A DNA stretch of 63,877 bases, the filler included, from Octopus bimaculoides (lineage: Eukaryota), in assembly GCF_001194135.2 (NCBI RefSeq). It is 8 parts of 7 records of this genome, joined end to end, with 100 filler letters (N's around TTAATTAATTAA, not from the genome) between each part and the next. Parts side by side here need not be neighbours in the genome. Positions count along the whole stretch, not along the records: positions 5,209 to 14,263 come from NC_069003.1; positions 14,364 to 24,598 come from NC_068982.1; 6 more parts are not named here. One strand, given 5' to 3'. The position numbers were made by a program, and so were the translations under genes. This document shows, piece by piece, positions 12,581 to 24,698 of the stretch. The number at the start of each line of letters is the position of its first letter. The first letter of the stretch is position 1. Under the pieces are notes generated by a model. It did no database searches. It was not told the origin of the DNA and saw nothing but the letters and a program-made list of their open reading frames with translations.

Positions 12581-12589
12581 GTTTCAAAT

Positions 12590-12813
12590 GCTGGTACAAG
12601 GGCAACGGTAGTGGGGGAGGGGAGGCTAAGTGGATCATATCGACCCCCACTGTTCGACTGGTACTTTTTTATCTGACTCAGAAAGGACGAAAGACAAAGT
12701 GACCTCGATGGAATTTGAAGTCAGACAGTAAATACGGACGAAATGTCGCTAAACATTTAGTCCGGCATGCTAACGATTCTGCCAGTTCGCCGCCTTTGCA
12801 ATGATAATAAAAA

Positions 12814-12854
<41 letters not shown>

Positions 12855-13092
12855 ATGACGATGCTGTTGATCCTTTGTACTAAAGGCTCAAGACCCGAAG
12901 AAATTTGGTGAGAGGGGGACTAGTCAATTACATCGACCCCCAGTATTTCACTGCTACTTAATTTATCGACCCCACTAAAGGATGAAAAGCAAAAGCGACC
13001 TCGGCGAAATTTGAACTTAGAACGTAAAGACGGACGATATGCCGCTAAGCATCTTGTCGGGCGCGTGCTAACGTTTCTATCAGCTCGCCGCC
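12590..13092 (-). mobile_element. Two tandem family-B SINE copies separated by (TAG)n
   Basis: Copies lie at about 12590-12795 and 12880-13092. Each has CGACCCC..CTGGTACTT..GAAAG..CAAAG..GACCTCG..GAATTTGAA and ends CAGCTCGCCGCCTT or similar. Confidence 0.85.
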
Positions 13093-13094
13093 TT

Positions 13095-13125
<31 letters not shown>

Positions 13126-13692
13126 TTAATAATAATAATAGTAATAATAATAATGATGATGATGATTTGTTATTGCTCAATGCCTCCTGTTATTTTCATT
13201 TCGCTGTTAAACACAGCAGAAGGCGGACCTGTTTAGCTCTTATTTCTGTTGAAGCATACCAAAAGCCTTCACTGCCGTCCTTGCCGAGGCTAGCGATGAA
13301 TAAACATAAACATATATNNNNNNNNNNNNNNNNNNNNNNNNNNNNNNNNNNNNNNNNNNNNNNNNNNNNNNNNNNNNNNNNNNNNNNNNNNNNNNNNNNN
13401 NNNNNNNNNNNNNNNNNNNNNNNNNNNNNNNNNNNNNNNNNNNNNNNNNNNNNNNNNNNNNNNNNNNNNNNNNNNNNNNNNNNNNNNNNNNNNNNNNNNN
13501 NNNNNNNNNNNNNTATATATATATATATCGCTAAATAAATAAATATACAAGATTGTACGTAGGAAAATAGAATTCTTCAGAGATTAGATAATTCCCGCAT
13601 CTGCATTGAAAATAATAGATAAGTTAGTGCTAACAGATTTAATTCATGAAGCATTAAAACAAGATTGCTGTATATATGTGTGTGTATGTGTG

Positions 13693-13724
<32 letters not shown>

Positions 13725-14212
13725 TCTATATATCTATCTATCCGCAGTGAGAGAAAAAAGAACCATTTTAGAAACAAGACATGACATAATCCTATAACAA
13801 ATATGATTCAATTTTCCCGGTAAGTACACGAGAAAAAAAGCACTCGGTAGATATACAAGATTAAACAGGTATTGAATTCTTGGAATTCTTAGAAATCTTT
13901 CGAGATTGAATAAATCAATGACAGTACTGGCATCAGATAATACGGCTTCTCCTGCATTAATGATTTCTCTCTCTCTTTTTTTTTCCTTTTTTTTTTTCTT
14001 TTAGATTTCTGTAATGATTTCTCTTGATCACTATTTTATCGTTGGAAACTATTAAACACTTGAAGCTAATAGGGACAATGTTTATTAATGATTTTATGTT
14101 AATTAGATTGGCTATGAGGATGCATATATTTACGGCAGAAGGACGAAAGACGGGTTAATATATATTTCAAGCGATATCAAATTATTACTGGTATTACTGG
14201 TATTGTCAATCG

Positions 14213-14243
<31 letters not shown>

Positions 14244-15067
14244 GCACACATACACACACACACNNNNNNNNNNNNNNNNNNNNNNNNNNNNNNNNNNNNN
14301 NNNNNNNTTAATTAATTAANNNNNNNNNNNNNNNNNNNNNNNNNNNNNNNNNNNNNNNNNNNNGTACAGGACGTCAAAAAAGGAACGGGAACATAAACAA
14401 AGCACAAAAAATGGACTTTTTTTATGGAAAACAGAATGAACACATTGGAAAACAGACAAGCCACTTATGGAACTTTTCCTTCATCAGTTGCCTCTATTCT
14501 AAACTAGGCGTTTCAAAGATGAGGCAGAATGTGCTATTAGAATAGCTCTTCCCACGAAGTGGATTAACCTGCTAAGTGGAGGGTTACAAAGTAGCAAACA
14601 AAAACCAAGACAGGAAAAATTAAACAGTGAAAACAACATTAAGGGTCGTTAGGCCGAACGTGATGAGATATTGAATGCGATGAGATATTGAACACTGTGA
14701 TGTGATGAAGCTGAATGGAGAGAGACAGTAGTTCCGTCTTGTCTTTATGCTGGCTGAAGGGAGAAAGGAAGAGGTGACCACAGGTCACATGTGATCAACG
14801 AGGAGTGGTAGAGAGAGGAAAAGGGAGGAAGTGGAACAAAGGTGAGCGACGAGAGACAAGGAGGAAGAGTAAGAGAGAGATATGTATAGCAGTGAAGGGG
14901 AGAAGCAAGGACAACAGAAGGAAGCAGAACGAGAGGGGGAGATAGGTAAGAAGAAAGATATATAGATAGATAGATAGATAGGCAGAAAGATAGAGTCGTG
15001 TCAGAAATATAAAGTTAAAATTTACTTGCAAATTGACGTGTAGCATTATATATTTATAGGTATATAT

Positions 15068-16134
15068 ATATCATCATCGTTTAACGTCCGCTTTCCATGC
15101 TAGCATGGGTTGGACGATTTGACTGAGGACTGGTGAACCAGATGGCTACTCGAGGCTCCAATCTGATTTGGCAGAGTTTCTACAGCTTGATGCCCTTCCT
15201 AACGCCAACCACTCCGAGGGTGTAGTGGGTGCTTTTATGTGCCACCGGCACGAAGGCCAGTCAGGAGGTACTGGCAACAACCACGCTGAAAATGGTGTAT
15301 TTTATGTGCCACCTGCACAAGAGCCAGTCCAACGGTACTGGCAACGATCTTGCTCAAAAGCCTTTATACGTGCCACCGGCACAAGTGCCAGAAAGGCAAT
15401 GCTGGGCACAGGTGCTATCACGATTTCACTTTTGCTTGCCCCAACAGGTCTTCGTAAGCCAAGTTTCGTATCCAATGAAGGAGACGACGTTGGCATGGGT
15501 GCCAGTTGTCGAATTTAGTTCGATTTCGATTTCACTTGCCTCGACAGGTCTTTGCAAGCAGAGTCTAGTGTCCAGTGAAGAAAAGGTACGCATAAGTGGG
15601 CTGGCTACACCCCTAGTAGAGGCCTAGGATTNNNNNNNNNNGTCTTTGCAAGCAGAGTCTAGTGTCCAGTGAAGAAAAGGTACGCATAAGTGGGCTGGCT
15701 ACACCCCTAGTAGAGGCCTAGGATTTAGGTCTCACTTCGCTTGCCGGGTCTTCTCATGCACAGCATATTTCCAAAGGTCTCGGTCAGAAGTCATCGCCTC
15801 GGTGAGGCCCAATATTCACAGGTCTTGCCTCACCACCTCATCCCAGGTCTTCCTGGGCCTACCTCTTCCACAGGTTCCCTCAACTGCTAGGATGTGGCAC
15901 TTTTTCACACAGCTATCCTTATCCATTCTTGTCACATGACCATATCAGCGCAATCGTCGCTCTTGCACACCACAACTGATGTTTCTTAGGTTCAACTTTT
16001 CTCTCAAGGTAATTACACTCTGTCTAGTATGCACACTGACATTACACATCCATTGGAGCATACTGGCTTCATTCCTTTTGAGCCTGCGCATGTCTTCAGT
16101 AGTCACAGCCCATATTTCACTGCCATGAAGCATG
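15068..16134 (-). mobile_element. RTE/RTEX-type LINE 3' fragment (RT C-terminus, 3' UTR and GAT tail)
   Basis: The ORF piece is MLHGSEIWAVTTEDMRRLKRNEASMLQWMCNVSVHTRQSVITLREKLNLRNISCGVQERRLR. The 3' end is GCATGGAAAGCGGACGTTAAACGATGATGA on the minus strand, as in the copy at 55709-56742. Confidence 0.88.
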
Positions 16135-17218
16135 NNNNNNNNNNNNNNNNNNNNNNNNNNNNNNNNNNNNNNNNNNNNNNNNNNNNNNNNNNNNNNNNNN
16201 NNNNNNNNNNNNNNNNNNNNNNNNNNNNNNNNNNNNNNNNNNNNNNNNNNNNNNNNNNNNNNNNNNNNNNNNNNNNNNNNNNNNNNNNNNNNNNNNNNNN
16301 NNNNNNNNNNNNNNNNNNNNNNNNNNNNNNNNNNNNNNNNNNNNNNNNNNNNNNNNNNNNNNNNNNNNNNNNNNNNNNNNNNNNNNNNNNNNNNNNNNNN
16401 NNNNNNNNNNNNNNNNNNNNNNNNNNNNNNNNNNNNNNNNNNNNNNNNNNNNNNNNNNNNNNNNNNNNNNNNNNNNNNNNNNNNNNNNNNNNNNNNNNNN
16501 NNNNNNNNNNNNNNNNNNNNNNNNNNNNNNNNNNNNNNNNNNNNNNNNNNNNNNNNNNNNNNNNNNNNNNNNNNNNNNNNNNNNNNNNNNNNNNNNNNNN
16601 NNNNNNNNNNNNNNNNNNNNNNNNNNNNNNNNNNNNNNNNNNNNNNNNNNNNNNNNNNNNNNNNNNNNNNNNNNNNNNNNNNNNNNNNNNNNNNNNNNNN
16701 NNNNNNNNNNNNNNNNNNNNNNNNNNNNNNNNNNNNNNNNNNNNNNNNNNNNNNNNNNNNNNNNNNNNNNNNNNNNNNNNNNNNNNNNNNNNNNNNNNNN
16801 NNNNNNNNNNNNNNNNNNNNNNNNNNNNNNNNNNNNNNNNNNNNNNNNNNNNNNNNNNNNNNNNNNNNNNNNNNNNNNNNNNNNNNNNNNNNNNNNNNNN
16901 NNNNNNNNNNNNNNNNNNNNNNNNNNNNNNNNNNNNNNNNNNNNNNNNNNNNNNNNNNNNNNNNNNNNNNNNNNNNNNNNNNNNNNNNNNNNNNNNNNNN
17001 NNNNNNNNNNNNNNNNNNNNNNNNNNNNNNNNNNNNNNNNNNNNNNNNNNNNNNNNNNNNNNNNNNNNNNNNNNNNNNNNNNNNNNNNNNNNNNNNNNNN
17101 NNNNNNNNNNNNNNNNNNNNNNNNNNNNNNAGATATATATGTATAGATATATATGTATAGATATATAAATGCATATATATATATAAATGTATATATATAT
17201 GCATATATATATATAATT

Positions 17219-20218
17219 GATACAGCTGCACTCTCAGAGACTCTTATGGAAGGTGATGGTCAGCTTGAGGAAGTAGGAGGTGGATACACCTTTTTTTGGA
17301 AAGGAAGGCAGAAGGAGGAGCGCAGTGAGGCTGGTGTTGGTTTTGCAGTCCAATCTGATATCCTTAAGAAGTTGAAAGAGCTCCCTGTTCCTATAAATGA
17401 ACGTATAATGACGCTACGGTTGCACATGAAAGGTAAGTGGTTTGCCACTCTAATAAGTGCCTATGCACCTACTTTGACTAGCTGTGATGAAGATAAAACA
17501 ATCTTTTATACCCAGCTGAGAGCCATACTTAGAAAAATCCCCAATTCTGATAAAGTCATTCTACTGGGGGACTTTTATGCCAGGGTTGGAACAGACTGGC
17601 AAATATGGAACTCTCTAGGACGTTTTGGAGTAGGGAAAATGAAAAGCAATGGTCTCATGCTACTGGAGCTTTGTGAAGAACATGGACTTTACATTGCAAG
17701 CACTCATTTTGTGCACAAAGGTGATCACACAACAACATGGATGCAGCCAAGGTCCAAAGTTTGGCACTTGCTGGATTATGTCATCATCCGCAAGCGCGAC
17801 ATTTATGACATTTGTAATGTCAAGTCCTTGCATAGATCAGAATGCTGGACAGACCACAGTCTGGTGCGAGCAAAGTTCCAAATGGTGATTAGGGCGAAAG
17901 AGAGAAGAGGACTAATCAGCATTCCTCGCCGTCTAAATGTCCACAAGGTATATGATGTTGTGGTTAGGAAAGAACTTCAGACTCGCTTGTCCAGCATTGA
18001 AACTGTTGCAGCATGGGAGGATTTTCGAGACCAGGTTCTACAATGTGCAGCCAAAACACTGGGGTATGTTACTGCCAGACACAGAGATTGGTTTGATGAG
18101 AATGATGCTGAAATTCAGTGACTATTGGTGGTAAAACGCCATGCCCACAGTGTATTGCTACACAGAGAACTGTCTACTGTGCAGCGAAGTCTAGCACTTG
18201 CCCACAATAACAGTGTAAAATCACTACTGCAGCGATCTCTCAGGAAGATGCAGAACACTTTGTGGGAGGATCTTGCTCGTGATGTTGAGGCTGCTGCTGC
18301 TGCAAATGACAGCAAGAAGCTTTACCATCTTATGAAGCGAGCTTATGGACCTAAGAGCTCCACATCAGCTCCTTTGCTTTCCAAGGAGTCTTCCACTCTG
18401 TTTACTAAATCAACAGAAATCACAGGTCGCTGGATCGAACACTTCTCTGAACTCCTAAACCATGAGTCAGTTGTGGATGAAACAGTGATTGATACTATGC
18501 AACAAAGACCTATCATTGGCTCCTTAGACTCCTCACCCTCAATAGATGAAGTAATGACATCAATAAGTANNNNNNNNNNTTCCTCTATACAAAGGAAAAG
18601 GAGCCAGAACAATGTGCGGTAACTACAGAGGTATTGCTCTACTATCAGCTGCTGGCAAGGTTCTGGCAAATATTCTTCTTACCCGTCTGAATGGGTGTCT
18701 CGTAAATGATGTCCTATCTGAATCTCAATGTGGCTTCCAATCTAGTAGAGGGACAATGGATATGATTTTCACAGCAAGACAGATGCAGGAGAAGTACTAT
18801 GAGCAGAATATGGATCTTGTCCAGGTATTCATTGATTTAACAAAGGCATTTGATACTATAAATAGGGCCTTTCTATGGAAAATACTTGGCAAACTTGCAT
18901 ATCTGGATCACTTTGTATCTATAATTAAATCATTTCATGATGGCATGGAGGCTTGGGTCAATGTTGGTGGTAGCATGGCGGGACCCATTCCTGTATAGAA
19001 TGGTGTCCTTGCCCAATCCTTGCCCCAACTCTCTTTTCTTTGTACTTTGCTGCTGCTTTTACTCATGGTTTTGCTAAGGTTAGCTCTCTGAGAATATATG
19101 TCAGATATCNNNNNNNNNNTGCTAAGGTTAGCTCTCTGAGAATATATGTCAGATATCGATCTTCTGGCCGCCTCTTTAATCTTCGCCGATTTGCTACCAA
19201 TTCAAAGGTTCTTTAGTCTATTATTCGTGACATCCTTTAAGCAGATGACTGTAACTTAGTCACTCATACAGTGGATGACATGCAAATACTCATGAATTGC
19301 ATTTCTGCTTCTTGCATGGCATTTGGACTCAGCATTAGCCTGGACAAGACTGTTGTAATGTTCCAACCTGCACCAGGAAATCCATATATGGAACCAGTTG
19401 TCTTGGTTGAAGGAACAATTCTGAAGGTAGTAGACAAGTTTGTCTACCTGGGCAGCACACTCGGCCATTCTTGCTCCCTGGATGAGGAAATATCTTTCAG
19501 GTTGCAGAGAGCAACTAATTCCTTCCGGTCTCTTCAGTCTTGTATCTGGTCCCAGCATGGCATCGCAAGGCAAACAAAAGTTGCTGTGTACCTTGCATGT
19601 TTACTGACATCGCTCCTCTACTCATGTGAGACATGGACTCTGTACAAACGTTAGGTAAGGCTCCTTAAACGCTTTCATCAGAGATGTCTCAGGCACATTC
19701 TCAATGTTGGCTGGACCTCAAAAATTCCAGACACACAGGTCCTGAGGACAGCTGATATCTTGAGTATTGAGGCGATGGTGCACAAGCACTGGTTACGTTG
19801 GACTGGACACCTTATTAGAATGAAGGATAGCAGGATTCCTAAGCAGATGCTATATGAAGAACTTGTGAATGGGAGGAGACTCCGGCAGAAACCAAGGCTG
19901 CAATTTAAGGACTGTGTCAAGTCCTCATTAAAGGCCTGTGATATGCAGGACACTGACTGGGAGAACAATGCCTGTCATCGCCACAGATGGAGGAAGCGGG
20001 TTAAGGAGGGGATCGACACTTTTGAGAGAGCACGTATCCAGCATGAAGAACTTAAGCGAGCTGCGAGAAAGCACTCGGCACATATAGTGAATGGGGAAAG
20101 CTTGGTCTGCAATGTTTGCAGTCATGTATGCTTGTCAAGAGCGGGGCTCATTAGCCACCAACGGAGCTGCAAATGCAAAATATCAGTTAGTCAACAGACA
20201 TGGGATGGCCTCCTCTAA
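17219..20218 (+). mobile_element. Near-complete RTE/BovB-like LINE ORF2 (APE endonuclease, RT and C-terminal C2H2-like finger), disabled by several stops and frameshifts
   Basis: Motifs include AALSET..GQLEEVGGGYTFFWKG..EAGVGFAV, ILLGDF.ARVG, HLLDYVI, WTDHSL, NYRGIALLS, FIDLTKAFDTI, ADDC, KFVYLGS, LLYSCETW, LRWTGHLIRM and C.VC..VCLSRAGLISHQRSC. Confidence 0.95.
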
Positions 20219-22051
20219 CGCCTGCACAGTCATCACGCCAATATTTTTACTAAATATTGGGGGCCTGTTGCATTATAATAATAAAAGCAAAATTTCTTTC
20301 CTGAGAGACCTTGCTGCATGCAATCAAGTCCTATGCATAGAACTTGTGGAAACTCACCTCAGCCCTGATATAGAGGATGCAGAAGTACATGTACCAAAAT
20401 ATGTGATACTGCGAACAGACAGAAGGGAAAGGAGCCATGGTGGAGTTGCTGTATACGTCTGTGATGACCTCACACCCCAGGTCTTACTGTCATACTCAAA
20501 TTCGGTATGTGACACTATAATTGTATACATAAGACAACATAATATAGTCATATGCAATACATATTGCCCACCGGATGCTCCAAACCACATAGGCAAATTT
20601 GAAGATTGCCTCACTAGAATTAAAGAAATCCTCATGAAACTGGAACACCACGTGACCATATTTCTTACGGGTGATTTCAACTTCCCCAACGTCAAATGGC
20701 CGAAGGTCTCATACTCTCAGGAATGACTCATCGCAAGCAAGCACAGGTGGAGTCCCTGCTCCACCTCACCAATGCCCTATTCATGGAGCAAGCTGTTCTC
20801 AGACCAACTAGAGTAAATAACATTCTGGATCTCTGCTTCACGAACAATATGGACATTATTCATGATGTGAAAGTGACGCCGACATTAGTCTCAGATCACA
20901 ACATAATAGAGCTGTCTATGTTTGGCCGAAAGTAACAAGAGACATACAGCCTAAAGGAAGCACCCGAAATCTCTCCAATCTAAACTTCCACAAAGCAGAC
21001 TGGAAATCGATCTGGAAAGAGACCCCCAGAGAGGATTGACCAAAAGGTCTCTTCACACCAGACATTGACATGAAACTAGAATGCTTCATGTCTATTGTGC
21101 AAGCCATATGTCAGAAATATGTCCCACAAGGGAGCACAAGGCCAAAACAAATAGGAACAAGATTCTAAGGGAGAGGAAGATCCTCATGAAACAACGGACA
21201 AAAGTTGCAAATCGACTCAACCAGCATCCCAAAAGTAGCGAAAGGTCCCGCCTAAAAATGACACTGATGGAGATAGAAAAAAGGCTGCAACAATCCTATG
21301 TGAGGGAGAAAGCAGACAAAGAAGCCTGGGTTATAAAAAACATTAAGTCAAACCCAAAGGCCTTCTTTCATTACGCAAAAGAAACAGCATCAGTATGCTG
21401 CAAGATNNNNNNNNNNNNNNNNNNNNNNNNNNNNNNNNNNNNNNNNNNNNNNNNNNNNNNNNNNNNNNNNNNNNNNNNNNNNNNNNNNNNNNNNNNNNNN
21501 NNNNNNNNNNNNNNNNNNNNNNNNNNNNNNNNNNNNNNNNNNNNNNNNNNNNNNNNNNNNNNNNNNNNNNNNNNNNNNNNNNNNNNNNNNNNNNNNNNNN
21601 NNTGTACTACTAGCTATAGATGAAGTGGACACAAACTCAACTGCTGGTCCTGATAGTTTCACAGCAATCCTCCTTAAATCGTGTAAGCATGCCCTGGCAA
21701 AACCCCTCCAGATCCTCTTCCAGAGCTTTCTCGCAAATGGCAGACTGCCAAGCAAGCTGAAGGAGGGAATAATATGCCCAGTCCATAAAGGGGGAAGCAG
21801 AGCAGATGCCAAAAACTAGAGGCCTATCTCTCTGACTTCATACATCAGCAAAGTCATGGAATGGATAGTCACATTCCTTGAAGAAAATAACTTGCTGAGT
21901 GATACCCAACATGGCTTTCAACCAGGTAGGAACTGCCTGACCCAGCTCTTACAACATTATGACTGGGTGTTGAGGCAGTTACTCAACAACTCAAATGTGG
22001 ACATAATATACCTTGATTTTGCAAAAGCTTTTGACAAAGTGGCTTTGATTT
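20219..22051 (+). mobile_element. CR1/L2-group LINE ORF2, 5' part (APE endonuclease through RT motif DFAKAFDKV), degenerate
   Basis: Motifs include LLNIGGL, VETHL, RTDR..RSHGGVAVYV, LTGDFNFP, RPTRVNNILDLCFTN, SDHNII, NIKSNPKAFFHY, AGPDSF, ICPVHKGGSR, RPISLTS, QHGF and YLDFAKAFDKV. Confidence 0.92.
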
Positions 22052-22275
22052 GGCAGAGTTTCTACAGCTGGATGCCCTTCTTAACGCCAACCACTCTGAG
22101 AGTGTAGTGGGTGCTTTTACGTGCAACCGGTACGAAGGCCAGTCAGTCAGTACTGGCAATGGCCACGCTTGAAATGGTGTATTTTACATGCCACCTGCAC
22201 AGGAACGAGTCCAGCGGCACTGGCAACGATCTCGTTTGAATGTCTTTTCACGTGCCACTGGCACAAGTGCCAGGA
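22052..22275 (-). mobile_element. RTE/RTEX 3' UTR fragment at the junction of the two CR1/L2 copies
   Basis: GATTTGGCAGAGTTTCTACAGCTGGATGCCCTTCTTAACGCCAACCACTC matches 15165-15215. Confidence 0.8.
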
Positions 22276-22299
22276 AGACGATGTGTATTCCAGATGTAT

Positions 22300-24040
22300 A
22301 TTATGGCATATCTTTCTCACCTACGCTCTAAGGAATAGACTCGTAATCTCTTGAGTTTTTCCCAATAGCTTATATTTTACATAGAGGCTATCTTCTTTGT
22401 GTAGCTTTCTTGCATTGCCTCAAGTTCTGAGATTAATTTGACACTGGTTGTTGACCATAACTGAGAGCAATAGTCAAAGTGGCTTAGGACAAGTGTCCTC
22501 CATAAGACCATCATGGTTTCCTGATCTCTTCTTGTAAAACTCCTAAAAATCCATTTGGTCAGTCGCCTGCATTTCATTGACAATTTAGCAACATGAACAT
22601 GAAAGGATGCATTATTACTCATGTAAATGCCCAGGTCTCACCCTCCAGGTCCAGTGTATTTAATGGGTACTGCATTTAGTTTTGCATGCTGATAGCAGAA
22701 GGCTTGAAACTTTTCAGCATTAAACTGCATGTTATTCTTTACAGCCCACTTGTATATTTCATCCAGCTCACATTGCAGGTGCAAAGTGTCTTCAGGGTTC
22801 TGTATTACCTGTGAGACTTTTGTATCATCTGCATAACTTGTGACAGTGGCTCTCTGTGTGGCTGAGGGCATGTCGGAGAGGGCCATTATGAACAGTAGTG
22901 NNNNNNNNNNNNNNNNNNNNNNNNNNNNNNNNNNNNNNNNNNNNNNNNNNNNNNNNNNNNNNNNNNNNNNNNNNNNNNNNNNNNNNNNNNNNNNNNNNNN
23001 NNNNNNNNNNNNNNNNNNNNNNNNNNNNNNNNNNNNNNNNNNNNNNNNNNNNNNNNNNNNNNNNNNNNNNNNNNNNNNNNNNNNNNNNNNNNNNNNNNNN
23101 NNNNNNNNNNNNNNNNNNNNNNNNNNNNNNNNNNNNNNNNNNNNNNNNNNNNNNNNNNNNNNNNNNNNNNNNNNNNNNNNNNNNNNNNNNNNNNNNNNNN
23201 NNNNNNNNNNNNNNNNNNNNNNNNNNNNNNNNNNNNNNNNNNNNNNNNNNNNNNNNNNNNNNNNNNNNNNNNNNNNNNNNNNNNNNNNNNNNNNNNNNNN
23301 NNNNNNNNNNNNNNNNNNNNNNNNNNNNNNNNNNNNNNNNNNNNNNNNNNNNNNNNNNNNNNNNNNNNNNNNNNNNNNNNNNNNNNNNNNNNNNNNNNNN
23401 NNNNNNNNNNNNNNNNNNNNNNNNNNNNNNNNNNNNNNNNNNNNNNNNNNNNNNNNNNNNNNNNNNNNNNNNNNNNNNNNNNNNNNNNNNNNNNNNNNNN
23501 NNNNNNNNNNNNNNNNNNNNNNNNNNNNNNNNNNNNNNNNNNNNNNNNNNNNNNNNNNNNNNNNNNNCTTTATATTGATGTAACCGATCATCATTGCCTC
23601 TGTTTTTATATCTGCAGTGGTAAAAAAAGTCAGTTGGATTACTGACTTGAAAACAGGGGTGGAGTGAAAACACTTTTGAATTGCTCATTTTGTATTTCAT
23701 TTATCCTCCTTGGGTTTCCTGTGAGTGTACCATCTTTTTCAAGGAGTGGCCCTATCCTGGAGTGCACTGAAGCTGCTTCTTTGGCAAACTTGTAGAAAGC
23801 TTTGGGGTTAGATTTTATATTGTCTATAGCCCAGTCTTTGTCTGCTCTTTCTTTTTCATGGGAGAGTTGCAGATTTTTATCTATCTCCAGCAGTTGTATT
23901 TTCATGCGGGACTTTTCATTGCTTTCAATTTGTTTCTTTAGCCGATTTGAAACTTTTGTACGCCGTCTCATAAGAATTTTCTTCTCCCTGGGGATTTTGT
24001 TCTTGTGTACAGTGGCCTTTCTCTCCGGGACACATTTGTA
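22300..24040 (-). mobile_element. Second CR1/L2-group LINE copy (linker and RT C-terminus), split by a gap
   Basis: Motifs include LLFIMALSDMP..SYADDTKV, MQFNAEKFQ and LVLSHFDYCSQLWS. The linker NIKSNPKAFYKFAK..SRIGPL is homologous to the plus-strand copy. Confidence 0.9.
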
Positions 24041-24061
24041 GCATATATATATATATATATA

Positions 24062-24170
24062 TAGGTGCAGGAGTGGCTGTGTGGTAAGTAGCTTGCTTAC
24101 CAACCACATGGTTCCGGGTTCAGTCCCACTGTGTGGCACCTTGGGCAAGTGTCTTCTGCCATAGCCTCGG
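24062..24170 (+). mobile_element. Family-A SINE head
   Basis: TAGGTGCAGGAGTGGCTGTGTGGTAAGTAGCTTGC..GGTTCCGGGTTCAGTCCCACTG. Confidence 0.88.
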
Positions 24171-24698
24171 GATATATATATATATCTTTATCTATATATC
24201 TCTCTCTCTATATATACATTTAGTAGAAAGTGGGTTATACATCTTTAGATTGTATACCTGACTTTCTACTATAAAATTGAAGAAATTGACGGAACGCTGA
24301 ACTCCAGACTAAACAACTTAAACAACATTTATTTATTTGGTAAAACATACATATCTTTAGTTATACATCTTTAGAGGTGAGAATAACGAGCTGTCGAGTA
24401 TAAGACCGAAAGATGTAGAGACAGCTTTTAAACATAGGTCCATGCTCAATCGCTGGCCAGCGTGAAAGAGAATGAATCGAGCGGGAAACGCTTGCTTTAT
24501 TAATTCTACGCATGCGTAAGACTACGCATGCGCAGGCGTTACTACAGACATATATAGATATATATATTTATCTATATATCTATATATATATATATATANN
24601 NNNNNNNNNNNNNNNNNNNNNNNNNNNNNNNNNNNNNNNNNNTTAATTAATTAANNNNNNNNNNNNNNNNNNNNNNNNNNNNNNNNNNNNNNNNNNNN

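Noticed and set aside
15541-15722. About 80-bp direct repeat around a 10-N gap (also 19072-19128)
   Set aside because: These are overlapping contig ends on either side of a small gap, most likely an artefact.
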